DNA of 62,163 nucleotides, counting the filler. It is 12 parts of 12 records of this genome, joined end to end, with 100 filler letters (N's around TTAATTAATTAA, not from the genome) between each part and the next. Parts side by side here need not be neighbours in the genome. Positions count along the whole stretch, not along the records: positions 37,115 to 43,729 come from SRR9670534_1348; positions 43,830 to 47,866 come from SRR9670534_1349; positions 47,967 to 51,472 come from SRR9670534_1351; positions 51,573 to 56,175 come from SRR9670534_1354; 8 more parts are not named here. The stretch is one strand, 5' to 3'. This document shows, piece by piece, positions 41,613 through 54,461 of this stretch; the stretch's first letter is position 1; each line of letters begins with the position of its first letter. The notes beneath the pieces are model-generated. The model was not told the DNA's origin. It did no database searches and saw only the letters and a list, made by a program, of their open reading frames with translations. Position numbers and translations under genes: made by a program.

Positions 41613-43612
41613 TTAGTCAACTTTAGCAGCCTTTTCTTTCTTCAACTTTTCATTTGTACTGCTCCAATAATATAGAATTTGGAAAACAATCATTCCATTT
41701 AAGAATGTGGCCCAAACAAATTGCATAATAAGTATAAGATCACCAGTTTCTTGGATACTGGTAAAGACCCTAGCGATACAACCAACAAGGTACAATGTCG
41801 CCGTTATAAAAGACAGTTGTCCTGTACTACTTTCGGAATAGTTTTTCCAGATTTGCGTAAACTAAAAAATGAAATTTATTACCTGAAAGCTCTGTACCAA
41901 TCAAGCTGTAATCTTATTAAAAAGAATGAAATTTACCCGAGAAAGTGTTATCAGGATAAAATTGCCCATTTGTGCATACTCCAACACATAAAGGGGCGTC
42001 ACTTGGAATAATACAGAACCAGATACGCATCCATATACTGCCAAAAATAACATACCGTAAAGTAATTGGTTTCCGTACAAAAATATCAGCATAATTAAAA
42101 CGACGTTTTGGATTGATATAAAAAATGCTTCGCCATAAGTGCTAAAACATGATGTTATGTCATATACCATGGACCACTTAATCCACGTTGATTAAGTGGT
42201 CCATGCATATACATACTGTAATCAAGAAGCACATGGACAATTCCATAAAAAATCTAGGTAACTATTTATACTTATGAAATGAAATAACATTAAATCTTCA
42301 GGTTTTTTAGGAGTCTTGACTCAAGACTCTTGAGTGCCGTTCGCAAGTTTTTTATAAAGATTTATGAGCACTCAGTATAATAAGGCTTATATGTACTGTA
42401 CATAATGTACAGTATCAATTTGATACTATCAAAGTAGTCCAAGATTTACATTGACGATTACATCCGATAATAAGCAAGCATATAGCTATTTAATTGTAAT
42501 AATAATAATAATAATGCTACTCACCTAAAAGCATAACTTTTCGAAAAGGCATAGAATAAAGTAAGGGAAACACTGGTATGCTCGAAAAGCAATGACAACA
42601 AACTCAATCCAATGGCATTTCCAGCAGACAGTACTTTTAATAGCTGAGGCAGTTTCACTAAAGTTATGCAAAGAACATTACATCATGTATTGTATTGTAC
42701 TTATAAGTATTATTAATAATAAACACAATTAATAACGTGTTTTCTCTATTCAATATTAAGTTAATAGCCATAAGCAATTTTTAGAGGGTATATTATTTTT
42801 TTTCATAAGAAATATTCAACAGTTGAAAACTCTATTTAGGTATACAGATTGGGGGTATTACAATGTAATAATTACATATTAAAGAGGGGCTATTATTAGA
42901 GAGAAGCCATCTTTTCTCGTAAGGTTTGTTAGGGGGCTTCTATTAGAGAGGGGTTATTAATAGATACTTAGCTATTAATAGAGAAAATACGGTACTGCAT
43001 AACTTACCAATGGCAGACAGAAAAACAATGCCATAACCAAGTAGCTTGCTAATTAGCAGTTTGACACAAGGTACTAAAGATAGAATACATGCGTTAATAA
43101 TAAAAATTTGCACGTACTGTACATAGGTAGTTATGAGATACAAAGTTCTTAATATGTACAACCCCACAGAGCAATAAACACCTTTATTGCTCTGTGGTAC
43201 AACCCTTTGTACAATACATGCATTAGGTATTATGTATTATCTGTTACGCATATACCAGGTATATTATACCTTTTGAAATAAGTATGGACACATCATCAAG
43301 AGAGGTTACTACGACGTATGTATGATACGACACGTAAGTTACGTAAGGTTGTCAATACCTTAGTAAATACCTTAGTAAAGTATGTAGTTGTAGAATGTAT
43401 AGAGAATTACGTAGGTATGTATGTAAGTACATAATTTCAAACAATATTTGTACCCCTGTACGTATTATGGTAATTTAGATATTACAGCAATGTACATAGG
43501 TACTACGGTAATTTGAAGCAATACCGTTGAACAAGTTCCATTTGAAAAACAACTCTTCAGTACACGGTTGTGGTGCAACAATTTCTAATAACGTTCTTAC
43601 TGTAGAATTCAT
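41613..43612 (-). CDS. MPDU1: Mannose-P-dolichol utilization defect 1 (PQ-loop protein)
   Basis: Exons give PCVKLLISKLLGYGIV, VKLPQLLKV, FSTYGEAFF, GQLSFIT and ARVFTSIQETGD...QILYYW. Confidence 0.93.
42161..42212. mobile_element. 38-bp inverted-repeat remnant with a 7-bp flanking direct repeat
   Basis: CATATAC [CATGGACCACTTAATC cacgtt GATTAAGTGGTCCATG] CATATAC, inside an MPDU1 intron. Confidence 0.8.
42882..42994. mobile_element. MITE-like end with GGGGCT-ATT subrepeats terminating in AATACGGTA
   Basis: Internal GGGG(C)T(T)ATT repeats end in GAAAATACGGTA. A related end (GGCGTTTAATCGAATAAATACGGTA) lies at 1-25 and TACCGTATTT at ~25444. Confidence 0.45.
43156..43205. mobile_element. 32-bp inverted-repeat remnant with a 9-bp flanking direct repeat
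   Basis: GTACAACCC [CACAGAGCAATAAA cacc TTTATTGCTCTGTG] GTACAACCC, inside MPDU1 intron 1. Confidence 0.8.
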
Positions 43613-44832
43613 AATGCTTTAATAAAATTTTGAATTAGGAGCAGGTAATGTCTAAAACAGAAAAACACATATCATATGTATATGTACAAACGTGTATCAA
43701 ATAATAATAATAATAAGGAATTTATTGATNNNNNNNNNNNNNNNNNNNNNNNNNNNNNNNNNNNNNNNNNNNNTTAATTAATTAANNNNNNNNNNNNNNN
43801 NNNNNNNNNNNNNNNNNNNNNNNNNNNNNGTACATTGTACTGTACAATTTGTACATACCCAGTATGTCAAGTATTACCTAATCTACCTCTATGTAGTACC
43901 TACCTATTTACAGTACTATGTACTGTACAGTACTTGCCTACCTTGGTACCTATGTAGTAGTGCCTACAGTACCTACAGTAATTCCAATGCTAGACGTTGT
44001 ACAAAAATATTGTTACATGAGTAAATTGGCACGTTCAGTTCACATGAAAAGCATTGCAAAATGTATGGTAAAATAGTTAATTCATTAGTTTAATTTAAAT
44101 GTATAAGACGTTTTACTGTAATAATAAACACAATAGGTTGTCTATGCAGTGTAGTACAGTGTACTAAGTGTACTAAGTTCTGTATACAGTGTATACTATA
44201 CACTATGGTCGTTTACTACAGTAATATAGTAATCAGGGATATTATAGTGTAATATCCTTGATAGTAATACATATTTAATATTATATAGACCGTTCAAGGT
44301 CTGCGTCGATCTTTTGTCGTAGAATCCTGTAATGTATTCTTGATGGCGTTTCATCGAAAATTTAGATTTTTCTATCATTTATTTAAGTATTTTATACTTC
44401 GATATTTTTTATAAGATTAAACCTGCAACATTGTCCTGCCTTTGCGCCTCCGAATCTGTTCATTAATTTAATATGTATTATACTAATACATGATATTTAT
44501 TAAATACTTCTATTATTTAATAATTTATTAGTAAATGTGTGTTAGTTTTCGCGTCGTTATTTTGTATTAGCAAAGATACTTATATTGTGTAGCATCTTTG
44601 TTTTTTGTTATTGTATAACATGATGTTATTATTAATTAATAACATGTACTAAAAAATTAATTAATTAATAACAATAACTAAAAAATCCTAATACAACGAA
44701 TAATAAAAATACAATATTTTGACTTTTACTATTGTTGATATGACAAATTGACATATCAGTAGTAATAGCACATCATATCATGTTCAACAAGTTATTATTA
44801 TCAACATGTTAATAAGTTATTATTATTAATAA

Positions 44833-45468
44833 CTATAAGGCCTTATTAATATTAGGATCAGCAACCATAATCTTCTCCAAATGCTGAAGCCATTTACTGA
44901 CAAGATTTTCTTTCCCATCCTTAGAAATCGTATCTGCTCCATAAATAACATAAGTTTCTAGAGGCTCAATTCCCAGGTAAACTTTGCATATTTTGTTGTA
45001 GGGTGCCAACAAGCTAGGCATTGTTCCAAATATCTCATTTGCTTGGTATCTCTCCTCATTACCACCTGTTGTTACACTGAAGATAATCTTTTTGTTGGAG
45101 TTTTTAAAAAAGGGTTCTCCAGTTTTGTCAAAATGAAGGAAGAATATCTGAAATATTCTGTCAATCCAGCCCTTTAGTATTGCAGGTGGTCCCATGAAAA
45201 AGATTGGGGTTTGTATAATGATAAGGTCAGACTGCTTGATTTTTTCAATTTCTGCTTCAACATCTTGCCTTCCTTTGTTAATCAAAGATAAATCCCAGTC
45301 TTCTTGATTAAACACAGGGTCAAACGCCTGTTGGAATAGGTTGGATTCTAATACCTCTACATTCTTGGTATCTTTCAGGAAATTCTTCGTCTTCTCGAAC
45401 AGCAATCCGTTTAGCGATAGTTCAGGATTGTAGTGTGATAAAACAAGTAGAACTTTAGAAATGACCAT
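44833..45468 (-). CDS. NAD(P)H:quinone oxidoreductase (flavodoxin-like fold 2, NQO/MdaB/KefF family), intronless
   Basis: KVLLVLSH.NP..SLN, DLIIIQTPIFFMGPPAILKGWIDRIF and SVTTGG motifs; 211 aa from the ATG at 45468. Confidence 0.9.
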   Translation of the reverse strand: MVISKVLLVLSHYNPELSLNGLLFEKTKNFLKDTKNVEVLESNLFQQAFDPVFNQEDWDLSLINKGRQDVEAEIEKIKQSDLIIIQTPIFFMGPPAILKGWIDRIFQIFFLHFDKTGEPFFKNSNKKIIFSVTTGGNEERYQANEIFGTMPSLLAPYNKICKVYLGIEPLETYVIYGADTISKDGKENLVSKWLQHLEKIMVADPNINKAL

Positions 45469-45996
45469 TTTGTTAGGATTGTTGATAAACAAACCTCGTA
45501 GAATTGGACACTAGGTTTACAATATTATATGAAGATAAGCAACTTTATCTTGAATTATTTATGAGTCAAACCTAGAACAATTGTACTGTTCGATTACATA
45601 ATATAGAAACAAGCGTTTCTAATTACAGTTGCAGACTAATTGCAGCAGTAGAGCATGAGCATAATACAGGTTACGATGATTTTTATTATTGTAAGAATTT
45701 TATATACCTAATAGCTATTACCTATCTAAATTATAAAAAAAACATGAGCATAACTTTATCCCCATTATCCTACTAAATAAATATTTATAACAAAAGTTTT
45801 TATTTAATATTATATAAATACTTGGTAATTATAAATAAGTACCTGGAGCTAGGAGAGAGTATACATATGTCAAAAACAAAAAGTCTTATTAAAAATGGCA
45901 ATGTTATAAAATATTGTATAATATTGATACCAGGAAATTCATAATATTGATGCATAATAATACTAAAGATTCAATCTAGTTTGAAGCTTGCCAAAC

Positions 45997-47237
45997 CTAG
46001 TTTGATTCTTGTCTCCATTTGTTTCTGAAACAGTGTACACATCGCTCAGAAATGAGAACTAATAGTAAGGATAAACATCCCAAAAGCAGTAAAATACCAC
46101 AAAAAATGAAGCAACTGGAATAAGTACCATAGGATGAAGCAAGTAAACCAGCAATAGGTGCTCCACCCATTATAAATGGCATTTCCAAAAGCATCAGAAA
46201 TCCAACACCATCAGCAAAATCAATGGCACTTAGGGACCACGAAAGCAATGGTCCAATGGCCATACTTATTGTACCAGAAAAACCACCATGAATGACGACA
46301 GCTATGGCAATGGTTGCATATGACTTGGTAAGCGGTAAAATAAAAGCACCAATAGTTCCAAATAGTGTTCCGATAAATAATGACCTCAACACTCCAATTT
46401 TGTCACATAAATATCCCATGATAAATCTAAACACGCATTCTGCAACACCTAAAATTGCAACAAGGGAAGAAAGCTTGCTTGAATTAACAATTCCTCGTTC
46501 TAAAGCATATGGAACAATAAACATAATGCCAACTGAATAACCAATACCATGAACAATACCAAATAAGAAAACAGCATAGAGAAATTTTCTCCGCTTCAGC
46601 AACTCCAAGTTTAAAAAGTAAACTTTAAAAACTTTTTCTTTACATGTCATTTTCTGCTCTTTAGGTTCCACAGAATCTTCATCTTTCTGAACCAAACCTT
46701 CGCATGTCTTCGTTATTCTTTGAGTTCTGAATAAGCATGCACCAACAAATATCTGTAAATGAATTGAAGATATGAGCAAAAATCCTCCTTCGATTCCATA
46801 GTTATCGAACAGATATTGCACCAAAAAGGGCATTGCAACAGACACTAGAGCAGTGAAACTTGCATTTAAGCCACATGCAAAACCAAAGCGTTTTCGAAAA
46901 TTCTCCTGTATATTGACCAGCACACAAATACAAACTATACCATATCCAAATCCTGTATAAGCGATAACATGTTATTAAAGATCGAACATTACGAAATACT
47001 ATGCGTGTTACAAAACTCTCTATGTTACATCTGTATCGTATCGTTATTGTACATGCAATACTAATAATAATAACAATAGTAACCAACCCGTTAAGAGAAA
47101 GCCTATGAAAATTAAAACACTTTCAAAAGACACTGCTGCCAAAATGCATACAATCGATCCCAAAAAAGACAAACATCCACCAAAAATGGAACACTTTTGG
47201 GCTGGTATCTTTCTTAAGAATATGCTAACAATTGCGC
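45997..47237 (-). CDS. Monocarboxylate-transporter-like MFS protein (SLC16), 5' partial
   Basis: Two exons with multiple TM helices: FRKRFGFACGL, YGIEGGFLL...GACLFR, VPYALERG, RFIMGYLCDK and GAPIAGLL. Confidence 0.85.
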
Positions 47238-48100
47238 CTAAATAAAAACAATTCAAGTTTGATCTACTGCTAGTACATAATATTAACAATTATTATTATT
47301 AATGTACGTGTAGTACACGTCCTGTACATGTATTATTAAATCTTGATATTAATAAGTATTAATATTCGTGCTTTACATATTAAATCATGATATTAATAAG
47401 TATTATCAATATGGTAAAGTTCACCACAATATTTGATAACAAATGACAGATGACATAGTGTACTAACTACATAGTATTACCGTATTATAGGTACATACAC
47501 GAGGATTTACGCTGTAAATTTTACGGTACATAACATTTAGTGTAACATCAATGTAGTACATAAAATTAATAAATCAATATGCCATATATTGATTCAATAT
47601 TATTGAATATGGGCGTTTCCTCGAGCTTGCACATTTCTCATTTCTCAAACTGGATTCACAAAATCATAAGCAAATGCATGTAGAATGTTAGTGAAAAAAG
47701 ATGTCTCTATATATTCTCAAGTGTAAGCAGCTGCTCAACTACAAGCCGCCCTCACTTATAAGTGCTGGGAAAAGTTGTATAAACCGCCCCTTGTTTAAGC
47801 CGCTGCGGCTTATTAAACGTGAAACATATTCACAGTTGGTACATAGGTAGGCGTACTGTATATTATNNNNNNNNNNNNNNNNNNNNNNNNNNNNNNNNNN
47901 NNNNNNNNNNTTAATTAATTAANNNNNNNNNNNNNNNNNNNNNNNNNNNNNNNNNNNNNNNNNNNNGTGCAATAAATAAATACATGTACCATGTACCTAC
48001 GGTATTATGTACAAAAAAGTACTATGTACAGTATTATTACAGTATGTACCGTAGGTAAGTATTTTTTCATGTGAACCTATTTTTAGTATAGTTTACGGCT

Positions 48101-49168
48101 ATGGCAACTCTCGTTGAAGGTGATATTTGTCCTGATTGTAAAGTTCATCGATTAAAATTTATTTACGCAGATAAACATCGCATGCAATTAGCATGTCCAG
48201 ATCAAAACTGCACTTACCCATTTTTAAGTCCCAATCCAGTTTACATAACGATAAAAGAATACGAGAAGTATGCTTCTGGAAATACTCCTGGACTGAATTT
48301 AGACTACGTGCGTAATAGTATTGAGAAATTGCATAGAAAACGGAAAAAACGAAAGCGTAAACACAATCGTCCATATGCTGGTTCTGCATGTAGTTCTCTT
48401 TCGAGTTCTTGGCTATCCGATACGTTAACGTCCTCATCAAGTGCATCGATATCAAATGCTGCTACTGTGCCTTTTGTTGGACTTAATTATGAACCCGTCA
48501 CTACTAGCTCAAGTTCATTGCGTCAATTTGATCCTTCAGCTTCTAATTTTGGCCAAAGCAGTGCTACCTCAAGCTTCCTATCGGACATATTCGATGACTC
48601 CAAATGGGATGACCACAATGAAAACAACAATGACTATTTCGCAACCGACATGTTCAGTGACATTATAGTTAGTGCCCCATCTATTGCCAACAATGATATC
48701 GCTCCAGAAGATTTTCTACCAATGGATGCTGCTGAAATTCAACAAGAAACCAAAAAGGCTCAAGACACGGAAATTATCAAAACGAGAATCAGGAGTATTC
48801 TAGATGCTACAGCAACGACTGCAAGTACCGATAGCACCAAAAATATTGATCAAATCTTAAATGTAGAAGCTGAAGTTCCAAATCTTGGAACTCAAGAAAC
48901 TCAGAAGACTTTTGAAAGTTTTGACTTTGGTAAATTGCCTTCACCACCGCAGAGTGAATCTAGTAGCACCAAATCTGATAGAAAAAGGGGACGTAAAGTG
49001 AAAGTTGGTGGAAGAAACATATTTTTGGTTCCTGCTCAGGTTAAGGAAGACAAGAGTGGTTATGTACTGTTGGCACCTGGTACAACCCTAAATTGCGAAA
49101 ATTCTAGTTCTGGTACAAGCGTACTTTCTTCCGGAAAAAAGTCTAGCACAACACAAAAGACTAGATGA
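48101..49168 (+). CDS. Protein with an N-terminal C4 Zn ribbon (USPL1 N-terminus-like), NLS and disordered tail
   Basis: CPDC-x17-CPDQNCTYPF, then HRKRKKRKRKH and a Ser-rich/acidic low-complexity remainder; single 355-aa ORF. Confidence 0.7.
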   Translation: MATLVEGDICPDCKVHRLKFIYADKHRMQLACPDQNCTYPFLSPNPVYITIKEYEKYASGNTPGLNLDYVRNSIEKLHRKRKKRKRKHNRPYAGSACSSLSSSWLSDTLTSSSSASISNAATVPFVGLNYEPVTTSSSSLRQFDPSASNFGQSSATSSFLSDIFDDSKWDDHNENNNDYFATDMFSDIIVSAPSIANNDIAPEDFLPMDAAEIQQETKKAQDTEIIKTRIRSILDATATTASTDSTKNIDQILNVEAEVPNLGTQETQKTFESFDFGKLPSPPQSESSSTKSDRKRGRKVKVGGRNIFLVPAQVKEDKSGYVLLAPGTTLNCENSSSGTSVLSSGKKSSTTQKTR

Positions 49169-49605
49169 TATTAGTTGAAATGTGATTTTGTTTTTTATTG
49201 AAAGTTTGATTAGCTGTTTATTATTAATAATAAAAATAATAAGTAAACGAAATGTAATTGTAAGAAGTTATTATGGTACATCAGCATTCAATAAATGAAA
49301 AATTTGCAAGATCTTTAAATTTATTGAGTAGGTGGACAACAAATTATCACTTCATTTAACAAAATAGAGTTAGTCATGCAACGGACTAATTATTATTATT
49401 AATAGGATAAGTCTGCATTATTTGTCATGAAACATGAGCCTAAAATAGAGGAGAGTATACAAATTATGCTGTCAAGAGCATACTGTTAGCCATTCCTTTC
49501 AATTATCATGTAAATTAGTCAAGAATTTAACCCAGCTACAACTGCGTCATAAATGGATAATTACTGCGTTTATAGTGTATTATTTTGTGACTTTTGTGAG
49601 TGACC

Positions 49606-50584
49606 ATGAAAGAGAAGATTGAATTGAAGAAGGAACTTGGTGTTGTAAGCGGTTCTGCAATTATTATAGGAATTATTATTGGCTCAGGTATAATTAATAA
49701 TCATAATTTCATTAAACATAAAATTTAATTGAGAATGTTTAATTCAAAATATTAAAATATTAAATGTAGATATGAATAATAATGCTAAATATGAGGTATA
49801 AATAATAACGAAATATTGAATATTAGAATATGATATGAAATTTTAACATTACTATGATAATAAAATATGAATAATAATATCCAACTTAGTAAATATAGTG
49901 ATATTATATATAATATATATAATATTATATATAATCTATTATGATATATTAATATTTTATAATATTACATATTAGATTTAAACCTTTAATATGAATTTAA
50001 TTCAATTATGAATAGTAATATTAAAATATATAAATATAAATAGCATGAATATGAAATATGAATAATATATAATCATTTAAATTGTAAATATTAGTTTAGT
50101 ATTACATATAAATTTTAATATATGACATAAGTATTTATATATAAACATTAATTTCTATTATTGTGAATATGATAAATAATCTTATTTTTAATAAAAGATA
50201 TAAGTAAACATAATCAGATTTAATTTAAAATATTAGGCATATTTGTATCACCAGTTGGCATAATTGCCTCTGTTAAAAGTGTTGGAATGTCACTAATTAT
50301 ATGGGTGATTTGTGGAATGTTTTGTGCTTGTGGAGCTATTTGCTATGGTGAGCTAGGAACTACAATCACAAGATCTGGTGGTGAATACACATATGTCAAA
50401 TGTATCTTTGGAAGATTTATGGCTTTTTTGATATTATGGATTCAACTTATAATTTTGCAACCAAGCATTATTGCTTTACAAAGTCTGGTGTTTGCTCAAT
50501 ATATTTTGCAAGGAATTAACAATACTCAAACTTGCTTCACAGTTCCAAAAGCAGTAGTGAAATTACTAGCTACCAATATCCTTT
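49606..50584 (+). CDS. SLC7 L-type amino acid transporter light chain, 3' truncated
   Basis: Exon 1 LKKELGVVSG...GIIIGSG joins exon 2 IFVSP...WVICG...CYGELGTTITRSGGEYTY. Confidence 0.92.
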
Positions 50585-51572
50585 GTAAGTTCAATATTAT
50601 ATCATGTAATTACATAATATGCATATAATTTATATCTTAGCCATATGATGACCACAAAAAGTTATTGATAATATGTGTCTAATTATTTATGATAAGTATC
50701 TATAATGTTTTATTAATTAATTTTCCTTAGGTATTATTAATAATAAAGTTCAACTTTAAAGTTTATTTTTATTAATCAAATTAATCACCTATATTATACC
50801 TAATGATAAATTTTGATATTTTTTGTTAGAATGCTCATTTTTATTTTTACAGCAAATAAAAGATTTTAGATTATATATTTACCTTATTTTTAATAATCAT
50901 TTTATGCATAAATCTTATATATTATAATAAACTATACATTATTAATGAAAGTACTTTAAACTATAACCTTATATATTAATATAAACTATACATTATTAAC
51001 AAAAGTACCTACTTTAAATTACCATAAAATCTTTAGAAGTATACTTATAGTTTATCTAAGTAAACTATAGTTATAGCTTTTAAGAATTTTTAAATAAACA
51101 TACCATAAAATCTTGAGAAGTAGTTATAGCTTTTAAGGATTTTTTTCTTGAATTTACTGTAGCTACTATTCAAATGTGGCTTCTAATTTCTATTTTTAAA
51201 GAGATATAATATGTAAATATTTAATAGATATTATCTAATAGATTTATAGATACTATCTATCAACTTATATAGAAAAGTATGTATTATAATTCTCTAATCA
51301 ATAATAGGCAAATGCAATACTATATAGATAACTACATATTATCAGACTATATAATTAGCTATATTTACATACCTATTAATAATATAGTATGTGCATAAAA
51401 ACTTAGATATAGCTTTTGTTCTCATTACATAGCTTGCATTTGAAAGTGGCTTATAGTAAATACTTCAAATTTNNNNNNNNNNNNNNNNNNNNNNNNNNNN
51501 NNNNNNNNNNNNNNNNTTAATTAATTAANNNNNNNNNNNNNNNNNNNNNNNNNNNNNNNNNNNNNNNNNNNN

Positions 51573-51599
51573 CTTACACTTTTTGTGGGGCACCCTGTA
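51573..51599 (-). mobile_element. Tc1/mariner-like terminal inverted repeat fragment
   Basis: The reverse complement reads TACAGGGTGCCCCACAAAAAGTG at the contig edge, a TA+CAGGGTG end typical of Tc1/mariner-derived elements. Confidence 0.45.
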
Positions 51600-51920
51600 T
51601 TTCGACCTGTCATATATCAATGCTAATTCGATTAGCCTAACAGTTGTATTCATAAATTATTCCCTGAAATTTCTGTCTGAAATAGATACAGAATCAGAAA
51701 TTGTAATTATTAATAATGCTTTTTATTATTATTAATTATGCGTAATAGACTTAATTACTAATAGTATTATAGTAATTAAGTTCTTATTTGTTCGCTTAGT
51801 GCTGTGTTCATGCTCATTTGGTGGTTTAGTAGGAGAATTATCTGCGGGTTATACCATAAACTTTATTGTAAGTTACAATTTGTAACCATTGGCGAAGTAT
51901 TTGTTTATTGTACAGCATGA

Positions 51921-51933
51921 GTGCCATGGCAAC
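51921..51933 (+). promoter_or_regulatory. Candidate RFX X-box
   Basis: GTGCCATGGCAAC (consensus GTTGCCATGGCAAC) lies ~85 nt upstream of the ATG of a motile-cilia gene. A forkhead-like TGTTTA is at 51902. Confidence 0.6.
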
Positions 51934-52016
51934 GTGTCTTGTCCAATATGGCGTCGTTCTTATTATTATCTTATTATTAAGCGCCGTACTATTATTAAAA
52001 GTTATTAGCAAAATAA

Positions 52017-54195
52017 ATGGCTGCCGAAGTCGCTGAAAATCCACCCGTGCAGGTGGAAGCTCAAGAAAAACCTGTAGAAGGTGAGGCTTTAGAAAATAAA
52101 GATGAAAACGAGGAAGTATTTGTTGAAAAAGAGCTTACAACTAATCAAGACATCATTAATGCTAAAGCTTATCTTTTAAAAGAATCAGATCATTCGAAAA
52201 TGAATTTGTAAGCATCATTGCATTTGATTAGTTAATTTCAAGCATAAATTTGCATTTGGAGTTTTATTTAGGTACGACCATTTAGCAAGAGTAATTACAC
52301 ACATTCTTGATGAAAAACCTGAAAATGCTGTCGAAATTTTTGAAGATATTAGCAAAGATGTTAAAAAACTTTACTTCACCAAGGATCCAGACACATTGTT
52401 AGACCAACATGAGCAACCAAAAGAGGTTGCATTGTCTGAAATTCAAGAAAAGCTATTTAAGGTATTGTAGAGATAACAATTACATTTAAGAGTATATCCA
52501 GGAATATATTGTTATTATAAAATCATTCTTCAGAAACCTGAAGATGAAGATGCTGAAGCTGCTGCTCCTGAAGAGGACACAGAATCACCTCTGCCAGATA
52601 TTCTTCAAATGGCATTTTACTTTGAGCAAGCAGGCATTGGCTTGAATGGAGAAGAGTCGTACAAAACTTGGTTGTCATTGAAGTATTTGGTTGACAATTA
52701 CCCACTACAACATGTTCGTTTCTGGGGCAAAATGTTTGGCATCAGTAACAACTATTATATTGCTGAAGTGGAATATCGAGAAGGTGAAGAGGAAGAAGAG
52801 GAAGAAGAAGAGCAAAATGAGGAAGATGTGATTAAAGAGGATGAGGAAAAAGAAGAAGATGAAGATCAAGAAATTGATGATACACCAAAACCAAGTTGGC
52901 AACCACCTCCTACCATACCAAAGGAGGATAATAGAACCGGAGCTAATAAGAAAACTTATTTTGTCTGTAGTGAACGTAAGTAGAAGGATAACTAATTCTT
53001 ACGTCATTATGTGATTATTATTAAAATATGTCCTAATTACAGATTATTACAACTTTTACGTATACGTCATGAAAGTAATTCTTATTATTGTAGCTGGAAA
53101 GCCTTGGATAAAGTTACCTCCTGTAACACCTGCTCAGATATCAGTAGCACGACAGATGAAAAAGTTTTTCACTGGGAACTTGGAATCACCAGTCATTAGT
53201 AATCCCCCATTCCCAGGAAATGAGTCAAATTATTTAAGAGCTCAAATTGCGAGAATCTCAGCTGCCACCCATATTTCTCCCCAAGGCTTTTATGCCTTTG
53301 ATGAAGAGGAGGAAGAAGAGGAGGATGAAGGAGGTATTGCTTGAAATTTATTCTTGAGACAATGAAAAATTGTTAAAATTTCTGTAGGAAGAGACACCTT
53401 TATCGAAAACGCAGACTATGAACCTCTAAGCATTGGCGAATTGGCTGATCCTGGTCTCAACAACTGGGTACATCATGTGCAACATATTCTGCCTCAAGGT
53501 AGGACAAAGTGGTGGAATCCTGCCATAAAAAAGGATGATGAATTTGAGGACGAAGAAGAGGAAGAAGACAAGGAAGAACCAGATGAGCCTGAACCTGAGA
53601 CTGGGCCTCCATTGCTAACTCCATTGAGTGAAGATGCAGAAATTATTGAAGGAACCACAGCTTGGACATCCAAAGTTTCCTCAAGTCTTATTAAGCAGTA
53701 TTCTATAGCCATTATGAGGTCTAATCTTTGGCCTGGGGCTACTGCTTTTGCTGTTGGAAGGTAATTTTTATTGTCATAATAATAAAGTTTGTATTGTGCT
53801 ACTATTGTATATTATTTCATACACTGCATATTATATATCTACAATAATATACTATAACAGAATCACTATTATTTGTTAACTACACTTATTAAAAGTTAGC
53901 TTGATTTTATAGGACAATTTATTAATAGAATTCTTAAGTATTGAAATTATTGATAAAATAATTGTATTCTAGAATCTTCGAAAACATATATATTGGTTGG
54001 GGCCACAAATATGGTCCTGAAAATTACAATCCTCCAGAAGTGTTGACCATCATGGATGAGTTTGCCAGTGGACCAGACATCACTGAAACAATTGATCCTA
54101 CTCCAGAAGAAGAAGCTGCACTCAAAGCAGCGCAAGCAGATGCAGAAGAAGAAGCAGTAGAAGAGGAAGAGGAGGAAGAGGAAGAAGATGATTAG
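52017..54195 (+). CDS. RSPH4A: Radial spoke head protein 4/6 homolog
   Basis: NAKAYLLK...[77 protein letters not shown] and [12 protein letters not shown] across ~6 exons. Confidence 0.95.
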
Positions 54196-54461
54196 GCCAG
54201 ATTATGCAATAATTAACGTATTAAAAACCAATTAAGTCATATTGAATAATTACAAAGCATTGTATATTTCGAACTTTTTTCAAGGTATCTTTAATTTAAT
54301 TGCTATTTCGATAATTATTTTTTATGTATTCATCCATGAATATATATCATCAAAATAAAATAAATTGGATAGTCAAAAAATGCTAATAATTTTCAAATGC
54401 ATAGTTACTATTGAATAAACATTGTGTTATAATACTGTAGCAGATAATCTAAACAGCAACT

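Noticed and set aside
49700-51472. Extremely AT-rich tracts and (ATT)n runs (also ~36992-37014, 60930-61140)
   Set aside because: Ordinary intronic low-complexity sequence with small local duplications and no higher-order periodicity I could support.
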